A DNA stretch of 64,000 nucleotides from Chiloscyllium plagiosum (lineage: Eukaryota): assembly GCF_004010195.1 (NCBI RefSeq), contig NC_057718.1, forward strand, positions 31,026,902 to 31,090,901, in the 5' to 3' direction. Both the position numbers and the translations under genes were made by a program. Below are positions 50,939 through 61,240 of this stretch, one piece after another. The first letter of the stretch is position 1, and every line of letters begins with the position of its first letter. The notes beneath the pieces were generated by a model. The model searched no databases. It saw only the letters and a program-made list of their open reading frames with translations, and was not told where the DNA came from.

Positions 50939-51569
50939 CCCACTTAGCTTTCTGTCCATTAACCAATCCTTTCTTAGATTTCAACCAATTCATGCCCCAA
51001 TCATATTTCTAACCTTCAGGCAAATGTCTTTTCAGAGTTTACCGAGAGACGCTGCAGCAAATATTGAATTGAATTTCCAATACTTATAGAAAAAAGGTAG
51101 GGGGCAGTAACAACCGAAAACAGTGAAAAATGACCTACTATCTCTGAGTCATCTTCACTGTAACTAGGGCAACACTCACTGGGGCCTTGCTGGAGTCAAG
51201 CAGTGGGTGGCTTTAAAAGTGGAAATTGAAAAGGCCAGAGCCATTTTTGGACTGCACTAACTGAACTTATATTCAGCCAGTATTTGCTGCTAGTCCAGCC
51301 ATAGACCCTGACAGTAAGTTTTGATATCTTTGACCTCTTGAAATGGGAGTGAATATGATTTCCTCTGCATGTGGTCAATTCAGCTTGTTGAAAGTCTACA
51401 TATGTTCAAGGGTAAAGACTCTAGCCATACTACCCCAGTTAAACGGAAAATGTGGGTTCAAAAAATACAACTCACAGTCTTACCAAATATGTTTTGTTTT
51501 AAATAATCATTTTCTCAAACAGGGAGCATCTTTGCATCCAACTCTAGATGGCTTGAAAGGGCTTCATCT

Positions 51570-51898
51570 GAGGGAAAGTGAGCACTGCAGATGCTGGAGA
51601 TCAGGGTTGAAGGATATGGTGCTGGAAAAGTACAACCAGACAGGCAGCATCCGAGGAGCAGAAGATTTGGAGCATAAACTCTTCATCAGAAATGAGGGGG
51701 TGGCCTAATGGAGCTAAGAGATAAATGGGGAGGGATTATGTTGAAGGCAAAGGCGATAGCTCAGAGAGGAGGATAGAGCTGATAGGTAGGATAGGTGGAG
51801 ACGGTTTAGTGCAAGGTTGGAAGGTTGGATCTGGGATGAGGTGGAGGGAGGGGAATGAGGAAACTGGTGAAATCCACATTGATCCCGCGTGGTTGGAT
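51570..51898 (-). mobile_element. Penelope-like element 3' end
   Basis: Minus strand reads QPRGINVDFTSFLI, then the pLTR; homologous to 44010-44350. Confidence 0.85.
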
Positions 51899-53214
51899 GA
51901 GGTACAGTGCTCACCTTTAAACTGTGGTGAAAGTTAAAGCCTATTACATCCACGTTTTTGAAACAAAATAAGGCATTTCTCATCATATCCTGAGAAAAGC
52001 TGAAATATTGTCTACACAACCGATATCCACAAAACATTTAAACGTTATTTCTCAGTACAAAAAATAATTATACAAAACCATCGTTTGTTGATTCTTCTGG
52101 AGTTTTCTGTTTAGTTGTCCCGTTTCTGATTCCTGACGTCTTCCTTAATGTGTGGGTTGGCGAAAAGCATTATTCCGCACTGGTATTTTACTTCATGTAT
52201 GCCTGTCGGTAATAATGAACAAAATGATGCCAATCCAAAGTATTGGAATCGGCTGTTGGTTTATCCTGACATCTTTCTGGCAAACAGCAGATGGAGCTGC
52301 AGCTTTACTCGTGTCCTTTTGTGTCGATTTCAGGTGAGAAGATGCGAGAAGAGAAATAAAACAAATCGGCAGCAAGGACAAAGGCGCCAAAGGAGACGGA
52401 CATGGAAAAAGGACTTCCCTGTGGTTTCGTGTATTCTTAAGTCACACTATTACTGAGGAAATTACACAAATCGGCAATGACTTGAAACAAGCAAAAAGAT
52501 GTTCGAAGTGCATGAAGTGATTGTCATATTTCTTTGTAGATGTGAGTAATCAACCAGATATTATGCGAATTACTTAGGTTCTAGTTGCAGTAATCACCAG
52601 TTATGAACTGCATTGCGTTTCAGTGGTTAATATGGTGCAATGTTGTATTTTGTGTAATATCGTATAAGCTCATTGCAACTTCTTGTTTCTTAATGTAGAT
52701 TTGCAGTTTTGACATTGAACGCAAAGTTTTCGAAAAACATGATTACAGCGCATACGTTTCTTACTCGGATTAAAACATCGATAGCAGACACTCAAAAAGT
52801 TTAATTTTATTTCCACTCAATTATTAATTCAAATGATATTCAGAAATAAAGTATACTTATAGTTTACAATATGCAATTAAACTTGAGAGTTGGAAAACCA
52901 AAACATTTTCTCCTTTGCTGTATCAAAGGAAATAAATTTGCTGTTCACGTACAGTTCAGAATAAATCGCTGGCCCGTATGAGGCCCGGAAAAATAAGCAG
53001 TTATCGTCCACTTTGAAACTGAGTTCGAGCTCAGAGTCGAATCTTGCTTCCGAACGCGCATGTTCTCAAGTTATTTTCTCATTGATTTCTGACTGATCAC
53101 GGTTATCAGTATTTAATGAAAGCTCACACAATGAAAGGTAACGCCGGAAATATCGAATACAATTCAGATACATTTCTCAAAATCCACACCCTCTCGGCTA
53201 TGCATCTACAAAAG

Positions 53215-54050
53215 CGAAATAGTGCAGACTCTAGACGTCTGAACAAAAACGGGAAGTGCTGGCAATATTCAGCAGGTCAGGCAGCGTCTGTAGAGAGAAA
53301 CTCTACAGACCACCCCAGTTTAAACGTGGGAAGTGGGAGTCTGCCCACAACAAGTTAATGTTAAGAGTTTTCATCGCTGTAAAGTGAGATTTCAGCCTCT
53401 TAATCACAGGAGAAACTCCAGTCTTTGAGAGCTCTTAGCCAATTGGATGGCCGGCAGCTCTGAAATGATGCTGTCTGGCTTGCTGTGTTCGTCCAGCCTC
53501 CGGCTTGTCTATTTCTTCCAGCATCTGCAGGTTTTGTTTGTCTCTCGCTCTCTGGTCCCAGCAGCGCCAACCTGGGTCGGTGGTCACTGCTGGGACTGCA
53601 GACTGTCCCGCCACAAGGAGAACCCAGGCAAGTCAGGGTCAGGAGTTTCAGCAAGAAAGTTGAGGGGGCGATTGTGTCCAAAAGGCTACTGGGAGGGGGT
53701 GAGTGTAGGAGGAAATGACCTTGAGTGGGAATACCTCTGCTAGGCCAAAGTATCCTGCAAAAAGGGCACCCCTGGGTAGCAATGGACTTTGCCAGTCTTA
53801 CCCCACGAGATGAAATGCGCCCCTCAGATAGAATACTAGGGCTGACCCTTTCAGATACAATACTGGATGGTGGGTGGCGTCGATAGATGAGACTCCTAAC
53901 ACCAAATAAAAGCAGTTAGATGTGACAATTAGATGTGACTGTAATAAAATAGGTAAAAACAATGACTGCAGATGCTGGAAACCAGATTTTGGATTAGTGG
54001 TGCTGGAAGAGCACAGCAGTTCAGGCAGCATCCGAGGAGCAGCAAAATCA
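53215..54050. mobile_element. Three short Penelope-terminal-like fragments (53215-53300 minus, 53465-53545 plus, 53952-54050 minus)
   Basis: Shared ctgcagatgctgg / caggcagcatcc motifs. Confidence 0.6.
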
Positions 54051-54399
54051 GTCAAGTTCTCAAAGAAAGCGTATTTAAATTTAAAACGAGGGAGAGGGAT
54101 TCATGATATTTTTCAGTCACCGGTCGTGCAAGGTTGAGACTCTCAATAGACCCAAGGCTGGGAGGCCCGGCCGAACTACCCCACCCTCAAAAATGTCAGG
54201 AGTGGGGGTGGGGGGAGGGACAACTGCTGGATTCCGTCCCGCCCCCACTCCCCCACCTTCAAACCCGGATGGCCCGGCATATGTAAAATCCTTTGTTTCC
54301 ACAGATATTGCCTACCTTTCTGAGTATTTCCCTGTTGTTAAGTTCAGAGATAATGTATTGAAGAATCTAGTCCATTGTCATGGAACAGAAGATTAAGAG

Positions 54400-54650
54400 A
54401 GTTGGCAGATGGGGGTTGTGAATCATGAAGGGGTCTGGACAGTGTAAATGGGAGAGGCTGCATGAGGAACATGAGGCGGATGAGAATGCTTTGGGAGCTG
54501 GATTCACTAATGACTTTCAATTGAGAATTGGATAAACATGTGAAGAGAAAATATATTTCAGCGTCACACGGCAGAGACGTTGCTCCTACAGAGAGCCAGC
54601 AGGATTACAATAGGTCGAATGGCATACTTCTGTGCTGCAACCATTCAGTG
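54400..54650 (+). mobile_element. CR1 3' remnant
   Basis: aaatcatgaaggggtctggacag...ggtcgaatggcatacttctgtgctg. Confidence 0.6.
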
Positions 54651-56281
54651 ATTTCTCCATTACAGTAAGTAAATTGATATGCATATTTTAACGCTGGGAA
54701 TACCTCAACAGATTATGCGCTGGGACATTATATTAATTAGAAGTTTGAAAATTTCAAATAAAAATAATCCACCAATGAGAAACAGTCTTTTATTTGTTGA
54801 CCCATTGGAATATGTTTGCAGTGTGTATTGTGCATGTTTATAGGTTTACAGGACATACTGTAACATTCAGTACACTGCATTGTATGAAGTTTAGTTTTTG
54901 TCTCTAAATATTGTTTTTCCAGTGCACATTCCCAAGGTAAGATAGCACAATGAAAAGTAACTTGGAATGTTCTTACTTTGATTCGAATAAAGTTAGTTGA
55001 CTCATGTTATGCCATTTTTCTAATTTCCCCCTGCTCTGAGTAAATGTTTGTATTCACCTTTCCGGACACAATGTCAGCTCTGCTTAGGTTGAAAGTGTTT
55101 GGTCTGCTAACGTCCGCGAATAAAAGTGTAAAATGGCCTGGGCAGCTACCTGTTAAGACGTTACATTACGGGACATTTATTATCAAAAGGCAATTATTTT
55201 ATCTTTCATTGTTACTGTTCGAATTTGTTCGGGAACTCCTGCCATTCTTGTAACCGATTATCGCAATTGTTCCCTTTAACTGAAACCAGCCGTGTTTAAC
55301 GTCCCCTGATTGCATTGTCACGCAGCTATTTTCCACTGGGAACCTTGAACAGCTTCTATGAAATAATTTCTCGTTCAGACTGGCCTAAGACATCATCGCT
55401 TATTTTCTGTGACTTTTTATTGATAAACATTTTTCTAAATAGTTCACCGCTGTAACCTCTGACCTGACTATTCTCCCTTACTAAACGCAGAATAGGATCT
55501 CGTCAGACTTGTTTCTTCTGTTCAGTAATGGCACGAGGTAAAACGGTACAAAAGCTAGATAAAGCCTTGTGCATTTTAAGTATATTTTCTCCTTTTCTTC
55601 AATGTTCAACCCAATTGATCAGTCATCCCGATAGTATCTTTAATTTTTCGCGTCTTTATCGTAGGAAAGCTTCCAAAAGAACACCAATTAGTTCAAAAAA
55701 ATTATTGAACTAAATGAGAGATCAGGACAAGAGCTCAAAGTGTTAGTCAAAAAAGGTAGGTTTTCAAGAACCAGAGGCGCGAGCAGAATGTGGTGAATGA
55801 TGCCACAGTTTGGAAGAAAGAACAGGTTAAAGGTTTCAAACTCAGCTGTCAGTAGGGGAACGTTGTCTTGCCGAAATAGCTTCATTGACTCCCACTACAT
55901 TCACCCAAAATTTTCGATCTTTTGCCGACACGCGGTTTTATTACCTCAAACGCCGATAGGGCAACGCACTGTACGGACAACGTGACTCGAACCACATCAC
56001 ACATCCTACTTTCTACGAGGAAACAACCCAATTCTAAGTATGCACAGACAATTCTTTATAAAGTGCCTTACTAAACACAGACAACTCCATTGAATTGCAA
56101 ACTTTTTGCCGTTTTAGTTTTATCGGTACAATTGGGCGAAGATCAACATTTAGAAACTGAAAAAACGTGTGAGCATATAGATTTCATATCTTCCCACTTT
56201 TTGTCCTAGGTAGTGGCTGGAGCCATATATTCGAGGAATCTCCACATCCCGAGGCGGGGGTGTGGGGGGGGGGGGGGGGGG

Positions 56282-56596
56282 CGTGGTTAGCACTGCTGCC
56301 TCCTCGACCCAGGGATATGGGTTAAATCCCACCTTCGGGCGACTGTCTTTGTGGAGTTTGCACATTCTCCCCTTGTCTGCCTGGGTTCCCTATGGATGCT
56401 CCGGTTTCCTCCCACAATCCAAAGATGTGTAGGTTAGGTGGATTGGCCATGCTAAATTGCCCATAGTGTGCAGGATAGCCATGAGAAATGCAGGGTGATA
56501 TGGTAGGAGGGTGAGTCCAGATGGAATGTTGTTTGGAGAGGCGGTGTGTACTTGATTGGACCGAATGGCCTGCTCCCACACTATAGGGATTCTACG
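56282..56596 (+). mobile_element. HE1-type V-SINE preceded by a G-tract
   Basis: gtggttagcactgctgcctc head, V-domain, and CR1-like tail. Confidence 0.9.
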
Positions 56597-56799
56597 GTAA
56601 CTTTTCAGGTAGAACTGATCATTAAGATCTAAAACTGACAGAGGATACCTCTAGCTATGGTAAGATTCAGTTTAGGCAAAATGTTCCTCCAAAGAACGTC
56701 ATTTTTTGAATTAAATGCCATTTCAAAACCAATCGCATCCTTACAGGAGAGATTGCCGTGTATATATGAAGTCCTTGTTTCTTCAATCTTCCTGCGACC

Positions 56800-57130
56800 C
56801 TTTTAATTCATTCATGGGACGTGGACGTCATTGTTTGACCAGCTTTTATTGCCCATCCCTAGTTGCCCTTGAAAAAGTGATGGTGAGTTGCCTTATTGAA
56901 CCGCTGCAGTTCAGCTGCTGTGGGTAGACCCACAAAGCCATTAGGGACGGAATTCAAGGATTTTGACCCATTCGCATAGAAAGGAAGGCCATATATTTTC
57001 AAGTCAGTGTGGTGAGTGGCTTGGAAGGGAACTTGCGGGTGGTGGTGATCCCATATATTTGCTGCCCTTTTCCTTCAAAATGGAGTACTCACGGGTTTGG
57101 AATGTATTGTCTAATGCTCTTTAGTGAATT
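56800..57130 (-). mobile_element. 3' end of the second LINE family
   Basis: Aligns by eye to 18215-18550. Confidence 0.8.
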
Positions 57131-60100
57131 GCGAGGTAGTAAAGAACTGACTGACTTGAGGATTCCTGCACAGGTCCTTAAAAGTGAAAGATCTGTTAGA
57201 TGCATTTCCTGAAGTGTCTAAAGTCATGAGGCAAGGCTGGGATCATGTTTACAATGGGGGTTGTCACACATCCAATAATTGACATTATGTCCGACCTCAC
57301 ATACGCCATCTTGAATATACCAGAGCCATTTGATTATCGACATGGATCAACCTAATCTTCAGCAGGGGATTGGACGGGACCTATTTCAGACTGTTGAGTA
57401 AATGAGGTGCTTTCTCTATAGGGGAAAGTTTAATAATAATATCCGATTTCTGGAATACTCTGCCAGGAATACTTCAATGGAAAACCAAAAGTTTAACATG
57501 TTTCTGTCTAAATAAAACTATAGGCGTAAAAGTATATTTTAAAATATTATTTATAAATCTATCTGTGACTGAATTAAGCATACATGCCTATACTGCAAAT
57601 TAATATGAAATAATTAGTCTTTAAAGAAATTTAATTGGAAATAGTTTGTTACTTGCTGCACACTTAAATGCCCTTCCAGTTAGGACGACGGTTTGACGGA
57701 GCAAACACTATCGAAATGCCTTAAACTTGCTGTCTTGGGATTTTTTTTTTGAAGAACTGTCGTTTTCGGCGTTTGTTTGATGCAGGATTACCATTGGTTT
57801 GAGATGTGTTGGCTCCGAGATCACATTTTCAGGAACCTCTGAAAACAAATGTGTACGTTTTAACTTTGGGAAACCCTGGGAGAACGGGTAAATCACATAT
57901 TCTAAAACACCGATCGGACGGGGTCGTGTAGACGTTGCAATAAGTCAATAGAAAATGGTCGCCTTTTCTAACACCGACCGATAGTCGTTCCTCAGCATGG
58001 AATTTAAGGAAACGCATTGAGTAGTGCGTGAAGGGAGCTGTCCTAAGAAGGGCTTTGTGTGTAAGCGGAGAGTGTACTTCTACCTTCAAACATCAAGTGA
58101 CCCTTTGAAGAAGCTGAACAGCTTGAATCGACGAGCAATGGTTTGTTGAAGGTCTTCAAATCCTTGTAAAACAAGCAAAGATTTCAATAAACTGGTATCG
58201 TGAAAGCACTCTGACTAACAACTCAATCTTAACCGAAAAATGCCGCGCAAGTTTTCCTTATAGTTTGCAGTATCACGGGTATCAGCCTGGTCCCGTGAAT
58301 GCTGCTGTTGGGTTCTACGTTCCCTCAGCAAGCAATTCACTGAACACCACCAGCGGCGGCAGACCATGTGTGTCCTGCCCATGAAATATCCAGTTCGGCT
58401 GATCAAACAAGAAAAGCAGTAGGTAAGGTGATCCGAATCTTTTCTGTTCACAGGGTTACCTAAAGTGTCATTTGAAAAGTACGTTCTACTTGGATTAAGG
58501 TGACATCACACTTGTTGGAGTTGCCCTAAGAACCCCATTTAAAAATTAGGAATGCGGTGCCCCATTAACTCTACAGCACATGCAATATGTGAAATGCTTT
58601 ACAAATGCCAGTCGTCTGGGACATCACTGAATCGGGCTAAAAGATCCCAGCCAGCCCAACAGCCCCGTGTTCAGTAACCCGCTGTGTTTTCTGTTGTGGA
58701 TATATACTTAGACTAGCTCCCAGCTCCCTGTGGTAATTAATGATGCAGTAAAGTATTCAAATACATAGCCATCCACTTCTCAAAGTAAAACTCCGCTGTC
58801 GGTTTTACCAAGTAGAGAATAACGCTCCTAGTCACATATAACATGTCAAAAGGCATTTAACTCTTTGCCCATTTATATGTTTGCGGAAGCTTCATCCCGA
58901 GATCTGAAAATCCTGCTACCTGCCAGATAGTTGCTTCGAAGCACCCGTCACTATTTCGTCTGTCCAGTTGACAGCACTTCAGAGCGAGGAGTCGAAAGTG
59001 ATATGCCATCAACGTTTAGCTCCACACCAGCCAGGAGCCGTGAGACGCCTTCAGCTCCACCCCCAATGAAAATTGCAGAGTCAAGGACATGAACGGCACA
59101 GCTGAGGTTTCTCTCGGGCAGTGACATTGGGCTAACTCTTGCCATTGTGTTCGGCAACTGGAGATTGGAGGTACAATAGCGATATACTTTCTGAGTTGCT
59201 ATTTTGAAGATAACCAACATTAAATCACAGCAGTTTCATTATGCACTGGAAAAGATAAATATAGAGTGCAGCGTGTGTCTGATCTTGCAGTGAAGCTTTT
59301 GACACGCCTTACACCAGGGGTTTGCGAGAAGAGAAGCGAGAATAAATGTTGATTAATCCGGGGCCAATGTCTTTCTGTTATGATTTATTAACGATACAAC
59401 AAGTTAAAATTAAAGTGCGAATATATTCCGGAGCAGCTACTTTAAAATATAGCTGGAATTGTTAGGCACCATACAAAACTCTTCATTCTTATAATGCGAA
59501 ACGGTAATAAATGTGTGCATGAATTGCGCCGCCAGGCGTGTTTCTGATTCCTTAAGGCAGATAACTTTCCAGAACCCCAGCCATTAATGAAAACCAACAC
59601 ACTCGCACGAGGAAAAGGTTTACTCATTTAAAGAACATCGAGGTTCCAGTGAGAAAAGAGCCGAACTTTTCCACCGGGTCTTAAACTGACAACATTAAAA
59701 ATGTTTCTTTTGGCCTTCAAGACGGGGGGTGAGGGGGTGGGGGAGGGGGAGGGGGATTAGTGGGACGAATGGATTTACAATGCGAGAACTAAAATTGCCT
59801 ATCGCGTCCAGTCAGGTTATCTCTAAGCAAATCAGCTCACTTGCACATGTGTCAGAGGTCACTCACGGAGCCCAGGTGCTGTCCAAACATGCGTTTTTTC
59901 ACATGTCTGCAATCTAAACCAGGTAGCGACTTCAACTTTCGTCTGTCATATGGCTGTTTTGAGCTTAGACTGGCCACCTTCCTTGGACACCAAGTCCTGA
60001 ATGGGACTCATTCCCAGTGCTTCTGCCTCAGAGGAGGCGGTAGCCACTGCGCCATAGACTGTCCTGTCCTTCAGATGTGCATAGATGCCGGAAATAAACA

Positions 60101-60289
60101 TAAATGCCTCAATCTTGAAACCTGTACCTGGTTTTAGTTTTATAAATTTATAGTAGTCTTACTTCGGAGGGGAGCAGTGTTGTTTCTGAGTCACAAGGTC
60201 CTGAGCTCAGGTGCCCACACCAGGACTTGAATCCAAAAGTCAGAGCTGGTACTCCTGTGCAGCAAGGAACCTGTGGCAAAAAGAATATC

Positions 60290-61240
60290 GCAAAGTTGTG
60301 AAAAGACATGAAGCATTTACAAGAGCACATGGATAGGTTAAGTGAGTGAGTCAGACAGTGGCAGATGGAGTATAATGTGAAAAATTATGATTTTTTTCAC
60401 TTTAGCAGCAAATTTTAAAAAAATGTATAGTTGAAGCAGAAAGAGATCTCAGAACTGTGAAGTACAAAGGGATCTGAGTGGCCTGGTACATTCCTCTCAC
60501 AACGTTAGTTTGCAGGCACAGATGGTGGTATATTGAATGTTGCTATTTACTGCAAGGATATTGGAATATTAAAATAAGGAAGGTTTGCTACAATTGTATG
60601 GGGTGAGACCATATCTGGAGGACGGTATTGCTCTCTCCATGGACGCTGGATGACCCGCTGTGATCTCCGACATTTGTTGTTTTCACTGTAGTTTCGACCT
60701 CCTTATTTAAGAAAATACATAATTGTGTTGGAAGAATTTTTAGAAAAGATTCACTTTACCGACTCCTGTCTGAGCGTGTTATTCATTGGAGAAGGATTGG
60801 ATAGGATGGGCCTGTATTCATCAGGGTATAGACTAATGACAGCTGTTCTGATTGAAACGATTCTGAGAGGATTTGACAATGTGAAAGCTGAAGAGATGTT
60901 TCCCCTTGTTGGAGAGACTAGAACTAGGGGAAACAGTTTAAGTAGAAAGAGTCTTCCATTTAAAAACAAAATGAGCGTTTTTTTCTCTCCCAGATGGTCT
61001 TCAATATTTGGAACTGTCTTCCCGTGAGACTGGAGAATGGCGGAGGCGGGGTCATTATATTTTCAAGGGAATGGGAGGTACGTTTTTGACTAACAAGGGG
61101 AGCAGGTGTGGTCAAAGGATAAAGGGCTCGGCAGGATACGGAAGTTAAGGGTACAATCAGATCAGCCCTGATTTTACTAAATGGAAGAGCAGGGTCAAGG
61201 CGCCGAATGGCATATTCCAGCTTCTCGTGCTTAGTTGGTA
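60290..61240 (+). mobile_element. Old CR1 3' remnant
   Basis: W.MEYNV, DL.GLV, RP.LE, LIETILRGFD.V...MFPLVGETRTRG motifs. Confidence 0.8.
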
